Positions 37,431 through 54,724 of a stretch of 64,000 bases of DNA are shown piece after piece; positions within the stretch are counted from its first letter, which is position 1, and each line of letters begins with the position of its first letter. Both the position numbers and the translations under genes were made by a program. The DNA lies in assembly GCF_009914755.1 (NCBI RefSeq), contig NC_060929.1. One strand, given 5' to 3'. The notes beneath the pieces are model-generated. The model was not told the DNA's origin, ran no database searches, and saw only the letters and a list, made by a program, of their open reading frames with translations. This DNA comes from the human T2T-CHM13v2.0 reference genome, Homo sapiens.

Positions 37431-39356
37431 AATATATTTTTGGGTGTCTATTATGCGGCCAACATGGCGCTAATAAATGATGATTGAGCAGTCCTTCATT
37501 TACTAGGGTTTGAGTATTTGTTTGCTTATTGTCTATTTCTCTTCCACTGGATTATAAGCTCCATAAAAGCAAGAATTTTATTTATTTTGTTTACGCATGG
37601 ATGTTTGACTAAATAAATGAATGAGTGAAATATCCTCCCATATAAGTCTTAAAACTGGATAGTATATCCAAATGATATTGAGTGGAGAGTCTTAGAAAGT
37701 TCCTCACAAAGTGAAAACATGAGCGAAGACAGGGAATGACAAACAGCATGGTTCCTGGGAAAACTGCCATTGGTTTGATCTTGCTGGGCTGTGAAGGTTA
37801 AGATGGGGAAAAGTTGTACGTGATGGAGGGCTTTGCATGCCATATCAAGAAGTTAACTTTTTCTGTGGTCAAGTGGCTTTCAATCTTTGCTCTGTGGGTC
37901 CAGATAGTCTCCTCACAGTACCTCAAAAATGCCAAGGAAATGGAGAGATAGCCATATAGACAGGGCTTTATTCTACAACTCCCATTTCTCTCCCCTAATC
38001 CCAGTATGAGACGTCAGCCAGAAATGTTATTTTCTTTATGCATTTACATACTACTTTTTGAGCTTTTCTGTATGCTTCGTTTTAGAAATCATTGTACTAC
38101 TTTATGATAGATAGAAAAATAGCTTTTTAGCAGTGACAATGGAGTATTTGGTGTAGGAGAATGGTATGAAGATTTTATACTTTAGATATTTAATCTTAGC
38201 AGCTCTCTACAGGATGAATTCTCAGGCTTTTAAGGTAAGCAAAAGAATTAATCATGATACAACCAGGGTGGAAAACAGAGACACACATGGATTTTAGTGT
38301 GAAGATGTGCAATTAATTTAGGTCCTTCCTGTTATTGCACAACTTGTGGAATATCCAGAAATAGGTGTCCAACTAAAAGTTAGTTAGATAAATATGATGA
38401 CTGGGGAAATTTCTAAGCTGAATACATAGATTTGGGTGTCATTTGCATAGTGGTCAAATTATAAGAGTTGATAAAAATTAACCAGTGAAGGTTCATGAAG
38501 AGGAGCAGTGGACCAAGGATGGATTCTTAGGAATAACTGGCTCTTCAGAGACCAAATTGCTGGATAAGGAGTCCAGCAAGGAGATGAAGCAATGGTAAGC
38601 AGTGTAAAAAAGAAAACTGAGATAGTTTGATTAACTAACTTAAGGTAATAGGATAGTTTGGAAGCCATGAGCATGTTGAGTTTAAAAAGAATAAGTGAAG
38701 GTATGAAATATAAGATGTCTGTTGAACTGATCAAATAGAGAGTCAAAATTATGCTTCATGCATATGGAAAACAAAATTGTTATTTACCCTGAGATGATCT
38801 TTCTAGCACTACCACATCATCTATGTTTAAATTATCACAATGCTTAGCTGAGAATCTTTTGCTCTTTTTATTGCCTCTGGACTCAATTATCTTTACTTAG
38901 TCTGAAAACTGTTCATATGGCCATTAGAGTTAATTGTTTGGTCATCTATGAATATTGAGGAGTATGATTAAAGCATAAATTATACACCAGAACAGGATTG
39001 TCTTAAATATGAGCCCTTTAATCACATGTTTAAAATATGGCATTTAGGTTTCCCATTTGTGAGAAAATTGAGGTATAAGTTATACTTTATATGTCAACAG
39101 ATCTCAGAATCTAACAAGTTCTGTGCATGAATCTGATAGAATATTTCCCTGGAAAAAATAGAGATATATGTGGACAGTAGATATTTGTATTCAAAAATCT
39201 ATAGTAAACTAAAATATGTAATTCTGGAATAGAGGGAACAAGAATGGGAATTAGAAATCTTCATAGTTCTTCACATGCTCTTAAACTATAGGAGAAGCCT
39301 TGCATATAATGATTGGGAGCTTCAATTCCAATAAAATTTGGGGATTGCTGTTGTCA

Positions 39357-39564
39357 CAGTGGTGTGCTGGATCTGGCTTGTACCACCTCATAGAAACCAA
39401 TTGTATATACCTTTTCTCAAGTCCACATTCAGTGATATTATGTTGGTAATTGCAATCAGGCATGGTGGAAATATTAACACCATGGAACTCATAAAAAAAC
39501 TACAGATGAAGGCTTGTTTCCACCCCTGAAAAGCTAGTTGTTAAAATTTACCAGCACATCATTG
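39357..39564. mobile_element. MER63-like non-autonomous hAT DNA transposon
   Basis: Terminal inverted repeats CAGTGGTGTGCTGG / CCAGCACATCATTG, 208 bp. Confidence 0.75.
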
Positions 39565-39839
39565 GATTTGCACCACTGACAGAAAAGACAGAAAATGCAA
39601 GGGGCATTTATCTGCTCCTTTAGTAGGACTCTTTTTTGTGCCCTAGAACATTAAAATATAATTGCATAAAGTGTTGTATCCACTCTTAATTTTCACATCA
39701 AAACAAGGCTGGCAATGACAGTGCCTTATACATTAAATAGGACTGATTCTGTTTGAATGCTCACTCATTTAGAACATTGCATCAAATTAATATGAACAGG
39801 TTCATAATCAGTAATGCCAATAAAAAGTGCTCTGTTTAC

Positions 39840-41080
39840 TAGCCAAAGAGACACACTGGTGATAACTATGTAGAAGATTCCCTGGTGAAAAGGCCCTGAA
39901 CATAGCTGGCAAGACAGACTGGTGCTGGTAGCCCTAGGGGGCTACAAATGGGTCTTGACAGGAATAGTCACTGACCCTGGACTGGGCTTTGCTTTCCTAG
40001 TAGGAGATGCAAGTGCTCAGAGTACTATAGGAAAACCAAAAAGACATTGCACAGATTTGGATGGCCAATCATCATTTCTTTAGACCAAGAGACACACTGT
40101 ACAGCTCATAGTGTTCAGCAGTGCACATAGAGATATCCTCCTCAGAGTAATAGTTTGGTAAGAATTATAATGAACAATTAATTTATCAGTTGTCTGAAAG
40201 AGGAGAAAATTACAACATGTAGGGCTGGCTTACACATCTTCATGAGTATGTTCACGCTTAACGTGAGTAGGAGTAAAGGAATGTCCCCACTAGACTTTTC
40301 CTCCATTTTTTTGGTTGATCTGAAGACGAGGGAGTGGGTATGGATGCTGGTGCGGCTATATAATTCTTTCCAAGGGAGCAGTACCCTGATATATTGATTA
40401 TACTATTTTTTCTTTCTTCCCACTATCACTTGATTTTTTTCCCTACCTGATGCAGTGGTCCTAGGATCAAGGCTGCAACTGCAAGTGTTGGAAGCATATA
40501 TAATTCCTAAGCAGAAACTATAACTATGTTTTTAAAACTCATTCCAAAATTCCCAAGGGCCTGATGGGGATAGGTTGTGCCTTTACCCCATCTGGCAAAA
40601 TTGGAGCTAAGAATGAATGCATATATACTGCCTGATAGTAAAGATGGCCCACTAGGTCAGCACCTGTGTAACCTTACCCCATGTGAAAGGGAGTGGACCA
40701 AGGAGGAGGTACTGGTAGACCAGTATTTCTGTTTGCAATCTAGACCAGTACAGTGGCAGATTCTAATGTCCCTTCCAAAGGTGAAAATTTTGTGTATAAA
40801 TGGAAGAAAAAGGAATGAATAAATGAGTTTTAATTAGGGAAAATCAGATATTATAAAAACACTTCACAAGAGGCTCAGAGTAAGAGATGACATGTCTGTT
40901 AGCTCAATTATACCAGATGCGTGAAAGGGTAAAGCTATATGTTTGTTGAGACAACTTTTGCTGTTGGAACCTGACAAAATGGAATGGAAGCCTGCAAACC
41001 TGAGTGGCCTCACCCAACATACAATGTGATGATGCAGTGGACTATTTATTAATAAGACTGAAGTATTCTAGTATTCTAAT
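39840..41080 (+). mobile_element. ERV-L class internal relic (integrase plus dUTPase-like), possibly MER21-int
   Basis: Hand translation from 39892 gives GPEHSWQD..GGYKWVLTGIVTDPGLGFAF..ASAQSTI, then after a frameshift FGWPIIISLDQETHCTAHSVQQ (integrase core). ORF 40577-40822 has dUTPase-like spacing. Confidence 0.65.
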
Positions 41081-41116
41081 AATGTGGTGGTATCTTTGGA
41101 GTTGTATATCCATTTG

Positions 41117-41383
41117 TTTTTTCTTTTTTGAGACAGAGTCTTGTTCTGTCACCCAGGCTGGAGTGCAGTGGCTCAATTATAGCTCACCGCAGCTTGAACT
41201 CCTGGGCTCAAGCTCAAGTGATCCTCCCAACTCAGCCTCCTGAGTTGCTGGAACTACAGGAGTGTGCCATCATGCCCATTAAGTTTAAAATTTTTTAAAG
41301 AGATGGGGTCTCACTATGGTGCCCAGGCTGGTCTTGAACTCCTGGCCTCAAGAAATCCTCCCACTTTAACATCTCAAATTGTG
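41117..41383 (-). mobile_element. AluJ, head truncated
   Basis: 'atagctcaccgcagcttgaactcctgggctcaag' and 'ggggtctcactatg'. Confidence 0.85.
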
Positions 41384-41414
41384 TATTCTTTTGTTATAAG
41401 GAATCTGGGTTTAA

Positions 41415-41495
41415 AAAAGATGGTAGACTGTAATATTATAAAATATATATTTGGTTTTTGACCCCATTTCCCAGTGTATAAGTCCCCAAATCCCT
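41415..41495 (+). mobile_element. MER21-like LTR fragment
   Basis: 'aaatatatatttggtttttgaccccatttccc...aaatccct', just downstream of the ERV-L relic. Confidence 0.4.
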
Positions 41496-42291
41496 ATTTG
41501 TGCAAAATTTCTACCTGTATTGCTGAAAATTATTTAAATTACTCATTCAGTAGCTCAAGAAGTTGTATAATCATGAACGGCATTAAACCTATGCCCCGCT
41601 CTCTCAGTAACATTGTTGTTATGCAACTGGGAAGCGGCTAGAGTTTTCAAACTGTAATTAATACAGAACCTTTAGAATCCAGCCTGATTACCTAGCCTTT
41701 CCACAGTTTTAATGAATTGATTAAAACAGTTTCTAAAAATTTTTGTAATTTTTTATCAATTGTTTTCTTTCATTTTGAGTGTTTACAATGTATCCCTTGG
41801 TTTGAAAAAACAAACAAAAAAGATTAAGGGGCCCTTTACCAAGTAAAATGTTTTTACTATACTTTCAATGCATTAAAACATACTTAAAAGTTACATTTAT
41901 TTTATTTCAATCTGTGTTATCCCTTACTTACGGTGATGTGTGTACATTTGTGTAGGCAGAAAAAAAAATCTACTTATTCATTAATACAACTGTGTGACTG
42001 ATTTTTTTTTGCCCTTATTTTTAAATGTGTTACATCTGTAATCTTCAACTGAAAGGAGTGGCACACAGGGGATGTAAGCCCTAGGATTCATTGCACATGT
42101 GTTCATTCCTCTCTTGCTTGGAGCCTGAAGCGGGAGGGCTCCTGGCATGGGCCTGCCTGGCCAGAGTATTGGCTCCGGTGACCATCTGGGCTTCCCAGGG
42201 AGAAGCCGCATAAGGGGAAGTAGCTGAAGAACAAAAACAGGAGTGAGGAGGGAAGAGGGAGCAGGAGGCTGGGGCACATTTTTCACACTCC

Positions 42292-42328
42292 TCTCTCTCT
42301 CTCTGTGTGTGTGTGTATGTGTGTGTGT
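42292..42328. repeat. (TC)n(TG)n microsatellite
   Basis: ctctctctctctctgtgtgtgtgtgtatgtgtgtgtg. Confidence 0.85.
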
Positions 42329-42914
42329 AAGTGCATGTTTATTCGTTACAGTTTTTCTCATTTATAATATGTTCTTTTCACTAGGAAGGAAAGCCCTTGA
42401 GCCTGATAATTGTCATTACATCTAGAACTTAGTAAAAAAATGTTATTTAGTTTTTATTTTGCAGCAGCTGTTGCTAAACATGAAAGACAGTAAGAATGCT
42501 AACCCGGCTGGGATTTTATTTTTTTTGAAAATTCTTATAGCAGTACCTAGTAAACATTGGTTGATGTCCTCTGATTAGAAAACAAAATGCTTTTTACATT
42601 TTTTTCTGACTTTATTCCTTTATTAAAAGGCAAAGTTGTATATATTGCAGCACCTAGCATATTTCTGCTAGTAGAACTGTAGTCCTTTTATTTGTCTTTG
42701 TGCCTGTTACTATTAATATGAAATATTTATCTTCCCAAGTTTAAAACAATGTTACAGAGATTTTCACTAGTTTGAGATAGCATATTGAATATCGGTACAA
42801 ATCAAGAATACTTTGTTGGACATAAAAAATGAAACAATGTTTACATTCAGCTTGACAAGTATTTGTTGGATGAATGAATAAAATTTAGACACATTTTTCT
42901 TTCAAACTTCAGTT

Positions 42915-45895
<2,981 letters not shown>

Positions 45896-48800
45896 TTGTC
45901 CCTAGAATGCTAACACAATACTGATGTTGAGAAATTTGTTCTTTAAAAAGAAAGAGAAGACAAATTTCGGAGATCAATTCAGGAAATATATGAAACAAAG
46001 AAAGCCTAAGAAAATGCCTTTTTGGGCAAAAAGTGTAGCAACTAGGTATTAGAGTAGTATAAAGAATCATAAGAGAAGACATTTCTGAAAAAAAAGATGA
46101 AAAGCCTGTCCATATAGGAAATAATATATTTAATCAGTAGAATATGGAATATGGAATTATTTGACAGCCTTTTGTAAAGCATTGCTCCTATCAGTAATAC
46201 ATCTATGGGGGCTCGTGGGTATAGCTGTAAGCTAATCTTCTCTTTGATTTTATTGAATAAAGTTAAATATTTCATTAAGTTGGAGGGTGGGTATACAAAT
46301 GAAAATAACCTGGCCAGCCTAGTATCTGGGGTTTCCAACCTAGATATGATATTCTTAATGAAAAAAAAATTTTTTATTTAATATTTTTATTTCACATTTT
46401 TTCTTAATTATTAGAAACTTGCTTTTAACTTTTCAAGTTTTAATATTTACATGACGACCCCCTTCCACTTTGTTCATTTAATAACTTTAATAACATCATC
46501 ATTATGGCTGAAAGTGAGGGAATGATTTTTGCATGTGTTACAAAGCCCTTTTAAACTAGTAAAAACCTATGAACATATAAAACCAAACCATTTTAAAAGT
46601 TCACGGGTTCACAGCTTATCTTAGATTTCTCTTCTTAAGCACAGAGTTCAAAATTTGGCCTATTATCTTGGTAGGTGCATTTGTGTACCGACTTGATTGG
46701 ACTTCATCAGAGAGTGACTGACTGATTTGTGCTGAGTGTCAGTAATCATAGCTTTTAGCAGATAGCTCCATACTGCAAGAGGCTATTTAGCAAATAGCAG
46801 TGAGCAGAGAGACAGGGACACCTAATGAGACAAACCAAGATGAACTAAAAGGAACTGGCTGGATCAAATACTAATTTTGCAGAGGAGATCTGCTTCCTGG
46901 AATTTTTGTATGACATTAATATTTCCTGCATAGAAAACTATCATTTACATACTACATTTAGCACTCTTCAGGCACTAACAAAGAATAAAAACACTAATAA
47001 GATATGACTCATGTCTTCAGGGAACATAAATGTAAATTGAAATAAATAGAGATAAGCAGTAGCAAGTGGAATAATGAGGCAGGTATAATTTTGGGAGGCC
47101 ACTCTAACAGAAAAAATTAGTGAAAGATGCTGAAAAACCAAAGTTTCTGTGAGTGAGTATGTAACAAGAACAATCCTTTAATAGGATGCTTATATAAAAG
47201 ATGGTCTCTATATTATGAGATATTTAGATACTGTTATAAAAAAATTTGTAATGCTGAAATATGAATATAGATTTGGTCTCTCAAAGTTGCATGTATCTAA
47301 ACACACATCATTAAATATTGAGTTGCTGTCAAAAGACAAGGCTGAAACTGCAGATCACAAGCCTTTACATGGTTATAAGAGGGCAATGGGTTACTTTTCT
47401 TTGTCTAACTCAACTATGAGAACAAGTCTTTAAAACAAAGACAGTTGCCATGTCTGAGCTGTGCATATAAAAATCAGTCTTTTAGAACAGTATACTGAAA
47501 GGTAAAATTGGGACCAAAATGAGTTAACAAGTGATACAATCTACTTAGATAGTTTTAACAAATTGGTTTATTTTACATTGTACATAGGACGTCAACAACC
47601 CTAAATTTAAACCTAACAATAGCACCACTCTCTAAGACTTTCAAAAAATGTTTTGGCTATAGAAGTTTCTTTGCTTCTTCTCTCATTAGGAAAAAATCAT
47701 TAGCACAAATTATCAATTTAAGAAGGAAGTAGTGCCTTAAATATCTTTAAATATACATTGGATGTTTCATATTTTTAGCCTTCTAGAAATTCTGCAATTC
47801 CTAACAGGTTCAAGGCAGTAGAGTTCTGGAAGCGATTTTTCAGTAAGCTTCAAATAAATTACTGAAATACTAAAACATATTTTAAAATTTATATAATAGA
47901 TGAATAAAATTGGAAATGGCAGATTTGATCCACTAAAATGTTTTATGGCAAAGGCAAATATATGCTTAAATGGTTATATTATAACCTCTAGGACCCCGGA
48001 CTATTATTCAATGTTTGAAGTTTTAGCTTAGCTAGATGAATGACAGACTAATGGGACAATGATTATTACTTCTAAAATAATGGCAATGCCATTGAATACT
48101 TAAGGGGCTTTGGTCTTTGCTTTTCTTCTGTTGAGATGCTATTTGCACATAAGCAGAAATGGTGCCCTGGTTCATTTCTCTTCTCTTCTTACTGACCCAT
48201 TCTCTGGGTATTTCATGCAGCTGTATGGTGTCTGTCAGATTTCTTCACTAAAGTTAAATGTTTTCTGTTTGGAATTCATAAAACATTTATATAGGCAAGT
48301 TTATCTACATTTTCTTTATGGCTTTTGTATTTTATGTTATGGCTAAAAAAGACTACTTCCATGTGAAACTTATAAATAAATTCACACAGACTTTCTATTG
48401 GAAATTTCTTGTGTTCATTTCTCTTTTAAACATTTTATTTGAAAATACCACACTTTAGTACTGTACTGTACTGTCACTTTTGTCATAAATCAACTGACTA
48501 TACATGTGTGGGTCTATTTCTGCCTCTGTATTCTGTTTCTTTGGCCTACTTTTGTATGACTATATCAATACCATACTGTCTTAATTATAACAGCTCTGCA
48601 AAGTGTGCCAATATATGGTAGTTTAAATCTTCAGCTATTCTTAAACCTTCTCATTTCTATATAAATTCTGGAATCAGTTTTCCAAAATCCTCAAAAAAGT
48701 TCATAGGAATTGGGGGAGGGGGACAGATTACCTTGAACATTTAGATTAACTGAAGGACAATTTACATTTTTATAATATGCAGCATTATATTTATTTTGCT

Positions 48801-49208
48801 TTATTTTTATTTTTCTGTACTTTAAAATGTTATTTTTATTGTATGATAGCATAAAAAGGTATCATTTAACTTTACATTTTACTTTCATAGCAAAATCATA
48901 GATCTTTTTAACAAAAATTAAGAGCACAATTAATTTTCCTATTAATATATACCTCAATGTATTTAATTTTTCTTTAATTTCTCTTGCATTATTGTGTAGT
49001 ATTTTATATAGAACACTTGAAGATATTTCTTTAGCTATATTCTTCTGTATCTGATATTTTATGCTGCAAACATAAATGGCATATTTTAAATTAAAAATTT
49101 TTTTATATATATAGAAGTACAGTTAATTTTGCATGTGGACCTTAAATTTGCTGATTTTGCTAAATTCACTGATTAATTCTAATAATTTACATGTAAATTC
49201 CTTCATAT

Positions 49209-49335
49209 ATTTATTTATTTATTTTATTATTGAGGCAGAGTCTCACTGTGTTGCCCAGGCTAGTTTCAAACTCCTAGGCTTAAGAGATCCTCCAGAATAG
49301 CTGGGATTGCAGGCACCTGCTACTCAACCCAGCTT
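49209..49335 (-). mobile_element. Alu monomer / FLAM-like fragment
   Basis: 'gagtctcactgtgttgcccaggctagtttcaaactcctaggcttaagagatcctcc'. Confidence 0.7.
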
Positions 49336-49568
49336 TCTTTCATAATTTTTACTTATGCAACCATATCTATCATCTATAAACAAGGAAAGTTTTATTTCAT
49401 CTTTTTTCATTCTTGAAACTTTTATTTCTTTTTCAGTTATTACAAAGTTTTGGCATTTTAGGCCAATGTTGTATAGCCGTGATGATAGTAAACATTTTTG
49501 TCTTATTCCACATCTCAGAAAAAAGCATTCAATATTTCATCATTAAGTATGATACTTTCTGTGGAGTG

Positions 49569-49868
49569 TTTTGTTTTGTTTTGTTTTTTGACAGTATCTC
49601 GCTCTGTTGCCCAGGATGGAGTACACTGGCCCGATCACGGCTCACTGCAGCCTCCGCCTCCCTGGTTCAAGCGATTCCCCTGTCTCAGCCTCCGAGTAGC
49701 TGGGATTACAGGCACGCACCACCAAGCCCGACTAATTTTTGTATTTTTAGTAGAGACGGGTTTTCTCCATGTTGGCCAGGCTGGTCCCCAGCTCTTGACC
49801 TCAGGTAATCCGCCTGCCGCAGCCTCCCAACGTGCTGGGATTGCAGGCATGAGCCACCGCACCAGGCC
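49569..49868 (-). mobile_element. AluS (Sp-like)
   Basis: Full dimer with 'tttctccatgttgg'; (TTTTG)n tail; TSD core TCTGTGG on both sides. Confidence 0.9.
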
Positions 49869-50632
49869 TCTGTGGGTTTTTATAGATACTATAAGATTTA
49901 GAAAGTTCTATTCTGTTTTTTTGCCAAGTGTCTTTCTTTTTAATCATAATTTGTTATTAAATTTTTTCAAAAGCATTTTCTGTGTCTATTAAGATGATTT
50001 TCTCTCCTCTTGTTAGCATTTGTTTGATACATCTTCATTTATTTACAATTAAGCTTTTTGTATCACTGTTTTAACTGCATTTCTTTTATACAATATATAA
50101 TATTTCATTATTTTTACAGAATACATGGGTTTTGAAGCCTATAAATAAATTCATTTACATTTGCTAATGTAATGAACATGTTAGTTTGAATTTCTGTTGT
50201 CTGCTTTATTTTTAATGCTTCTATTTTCAATGTTTTGTTACTTGTGGGTTTTTTTTTTTTGCATCTGTCTTTTATAGTTTAGATGTCTGTGTATGCAGGT
50301 ATGCCAATTTTCCTCAGAAAATTTGGAAAGTTTATAATGCTCTTTTTCTCAGCTCTTACATTCAAAACTTTTGATATTGCATATCAGATTCTTGATAAGT
50401 ATCTTCATTATGTATTTTTTAATATTAGCTACCCCTTGATCTCTGAATTTTTTAATTTTAAATTATTTTTTAGTTTTATTTTTGCTTTAATTTTAAACAA
50501 AAAATTCTTAATTTTAATTTCACAAAAGAGATTAAAAGCATAGTTTCATAATTTATTCATGTATTTAATACCTATTGGCTTTCTTCAAAGAAAGATTAAT
50601 TTTAAAATAATGCATCTAAACTTCTTTCTATC

Positions 50633-51117
50633 TGTATTTGTTTCTCCTTTCTGCTTTAACAAATTACCACAAACTCTGTGGCTTAAAACAATATAAATAA
50701 ATATATTATTTGTTAAAAGCTCTGGACCCCATAAGTCCACAATGAGTCTCATGGAACTAAAGTCAAGGTGTCAGCAGGGCTGGCTCCCTCTGGGCTCTAA
50801 AGAAGGATCCATTTTCTTGCCCTTTTCAACTTCTAGAGGTTGCCCACATAACTTAGCTCATGGCCCCCTTCCAGCCATCAGTGCACCACTCCAACCTGTG
50901 CTTCCATCATAACAGCTTGCTTTTCCCTTCATCTGACAGAAGGCTGTGATTACACTAAACACAACTGAATAATCCAGGAAAATCTTCCATCTAAAAATCT
51001 TTAATTTAATTGCATATGCAAAGTTCCTGTTCTACCTATTATCTTGTAATGTAACTATTTATAGGTTCCCAGGATTAGAAACTGAACATCTTTGGTGTCA
51101 TTATTCCAACTCCCACA
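50633..51117 (-). mobile_element. MLT1C/D-like MaLR solo LTR
   Basis: 'taacaaattaccacaaact...ggcttaaaacaa' and 'aaagtcaaggtgtcagcagggctg'; TG...CA ends. Confidence 0.8.
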
Positions 51118-52004
51118 CTCTTTTCTCCTTTTTCTTCTCTGAATATTTTCTTCTAATGTATTTTATGTGGTCTATTTTCGGGCATTCACCTCCTATAATC
51201 CCATTTCCCCAGTTATTTTATTTTCACTTTTATTTAAATAAATTCAGTGTTCCTTTTATATCTTGGTTAGTAAAATTTAGTTTTGAGAAGCTTTTGTTTG
51301 ATTGTTTTTTTCAAGAAAGTCTCACCACTGGTATATTTCATAGGTGATTAAAAAAAAATGTTTGAAGGTGTGGGCTGTAGCTTTCATTGTGAATGTCTGC
51401 TTAGTTGGTGTAATAGTGTTGGGTTAAATTTTCTTTCCCTTAGAATTTCAGAGTTATTGTTCTGTCTTCTGCATTCGAATATTGTAGTGAACTGTCTGAA
51501 GACAGCCTGACAGTTTTTACAATGGTAAGGAACTTTGCAAACTTTATCTTTTAATTTTAATTACTTGAGATATATTTTATTATTAATAGTTTTGTAGCAG
51601 ATGTTTCTCCTAGAAAATGTTGTGCTCTTTCATGGTTACTTTTACTTTTTGCTGTATTTTAGGAAATTTTTCTTCTGTCTCTGAAAGCATTTACATCTTA
51701 TTAATTGAATTTGCTCTTTCAGGGACTCCAGTTATCCTCGGTTTGATAAACTTTGCCTAACTTTCATACTCATAGTCTTCTTCTTATTTGCTTTAATCAC
51801 TTTATTTTATCCTTTGTTTTCATTCTGAATATGTTGTTTTTTCCTATTTGTTAGTGAATCATTTTTACCTATTATTTTCCTTTATGCATCTAATATATGT
51901 AATAATTCAGTAGCAGTGTAGCATTGGTCCTATATTTGTCTTCTTATACTTCAATTTTCCTTTTCATCTCTTTCTGTTGTTTTATAACTTTATCTTCAAG
52001 AGAC

Positions 52005-52541
52005 TGTTACTGAGCAATGGACTCACTGTACAATGTACATAAAAGCTGATACTATGGCACTTGCTTTTGAGAAAAAGGAAGGCTTTATTGTGATTTCAAC
52101 CAGCAAGCAGACAGGAGGCACTGATCAAATTTGTCTCTTCAATCTGGGGCCTGGGGCAAGTTTTATGAGTTAAGGAGGACAAGTTGGTATGTGAAAGCGC
52201 TGGCAGGGTAGGTTTTGTTGGAAGAACTTCAAACAAGACTGTAGTAAGGCATGGGGTGGAGTCTTCTCACCAGACATTCCTAGAAAAGGGACCCTTTACG
52301 TTTGAAAGTGTTCCAGTTGTCTGGCGCAGGCCATGTCTCAATCTTTCAGTTCCACAGGGTTGGAAGGGGATTGGGGAAGGAGACAGATCTTTAGTTCTGG
52401 GTGTTACCTGAAGTCTAAGTTTTCTTTCCTGCATATGCTCTGTCTGCATATCTTGCATCCTCCTAGCTCTGTGCCTGCAAAATAACTGGACATTCTATTA
52501 TCAATAGAGGACAGCCAGATAAGACTGGCCCAGCAGTTACA
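52005..52541 (-). mobile_element. ERV1-class (MER4-group) solo LTR, 537 bp
   Basis: Inverted termini TGTTACTG / CAGTTACA; minus-strand AATAAA at 52084-52089. Confidence 0.7.
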
Positions 52542-53644
52542 ATATTGATATGTTAGATTCATATTTCCTGTTAAAATTTTCAATGTAAATTATCCATTAT
52601 TTTCTTTTAAAATAGAGCTCATGACATTTCTCACCTGACTCACTTATAACATGGACAACTTAGTCCACATTTTCTATTTGTATCATTATTTTTGCATATA
52701 TTTGTCATAAATACTTTCTTTTCCCTTATCTGACTTTTAGTCATCTTTTCTCAAAGCTATAGCTCGCCTCTGTGTGTGGTTTGCATGTATTTGAGGAAAA
52801 GGGATTGTCAATGGGGGGTAAAGTGGGAATCAACTGAAACTAGATATAAAACTAGTTGGAAAATTTGAATTGTATCTTAATGTCCTCTAACCCAATTCAC
52901 TGTAGAGAAGGTGTATCCTAATCCGTGCCAGAAGATCTTCAGGTTTCAAGGAACACCTATGAATTTGGTGCAGAACCTTAGAGTCTTGGTATTTATCAGA
53001 GAGCAGCTGCTGAAGCAGTTTTTAACCCTGTTTCACCCTGGCTTCTCCCAAAAGTCTTTCCCAATCCTCCCTAATCATAAGAAGATAATGAGATTGTCAA
53101 AGTGATTTTAGGGCACTGTGCTGAGTCCAAAGTGGGTCAGATATATTTTACATATTCTTTTGCTTCTTACTACCCCAGAAATCTCTTTTTTTATTCTTCT
53201 CTATATTTGTTTGATGAAATTATTGTTTATGCATGGGATCTTGCTTCTGAGTGTTTGAAATGTTTCTGCTTTTTCTCTCTGCTTTACTCCCATCCAGAAA
53301 ACCAAAATCATTAAGATCAACCATTTTCCTTTTTCTGAGGTGTTTTGGAAGTTTGTTCTCTTTAAGCAGCATCCACTCTTTCTCATTATGCTCTTTCCAT
53401 CCATGGATTTTTAGCAGATTTTTTCAGGATGTCTTAGAATCACCTTTATCTCCCTCTGCTTCTGATTGGACTGTTAGGAATTGCGTGAAGCATTCAGGGT
53501 TTGTGGAATATTAAAACAAAAACAACAACAACAACAAATACTGTCTTTCTCTGGGTACCAGATTTTGATTTTATGGCCTCCAGTGTATTAGTGGAGGGTT
53601 GTGTTTGTTGCTTTGTTTTGTTTTGTTTTGTTTTAGCCTTGTAT

Positions 53645-53978
<334 letters not shown>

Positions 53979-54544
53979 TTTAGCCTTTGCATTCATAATT
54001 TTAGTTTGGAAGCGGTGAAATTTTGAGATTTGGCATAATTCTGTCATCTTTAGAGGCTTGTATTTAGATTTGTTCAATTTTTTCTAAAAGCTTTTTTTTT
54101 TCTATTTAATTATATTACATTTTTGTTCCTTCGGATCATTTCCATACAATGATTGACACTGAAACATGTTGCTGAATGTTATCTCCGTGGCCCAGGTGAC
54201 CAGAACTGTGATTGAATTTGGCATAAAGCTAATGATACTGAGGGAAATGAGATATGCTCCTAGTCCTGTTATTGTTCCAGTTAAGTGTGATTTTGATTTG
54301 GGAAACAACTTTCTTCTGAAGTTATAATTGATTTTCTGAAATGTACCCTTAAGTCTTTAAAAAAGTAAGAAATTTGGAGTTACAAGAGGAACTCAGAGAT
54401 TTTTTTTTTAGTGAAGTGTATCTTAGTAAGACTTCTTGAGCCAACTCGGAACTAAAACTACATCCTTCCCAATTTTGTCAATATTTTTCCATAATTTATC
54501 AGTGTTTATCTTTTACGAATTTCTTTCACATGAAACACTGGATT

Positions 54545-54724
54545 AGTAGTCTGCAACCTTCACTGTGTATGAGAATTGCTTGGGAAGTTTTAAAAACAAT
54601 AGCTGCCCAGGTCCTAGCTCCAGAAATTTGTTTTCAATTTGTCTGGGTGCCACTCTGACAGTGGTATTTTTTTTTCAAAAGCTCCTGGAGGTCTTTAATG
54701 TAGAGCCAGAGTTGAGAAACATTG
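54545..54724. mobile_element. MER5A/B DNA transposon
   Basis: ~180 bp ending 'ctaatgtagagccagagttgagaaacattg'-like terminus, with internal dyad structure. Confidence 0.7.

Larger units (their letters stand above)
48430..50000 (-). mobile_element. Highly diverged L1M(E) ORF2 fragments
   Basis: 'tgtcataaatcaactgactatacatgtgtgggtctatttctg' and 'ccatactgtcttaattat'. Confidence 0.6.

Noticed and set aside
45896-46700. Possible processed 3'-UTR retrocopy with an A-tract at ~46361
   Set aside because: No convincing TSD, coding remnant or identifiable parent; a BLAST search would be needed.
54102-54330. Overlapping short ORFs on both strands in unique DNA
   Set aside because: No recognisable protein and no clear splice sites.
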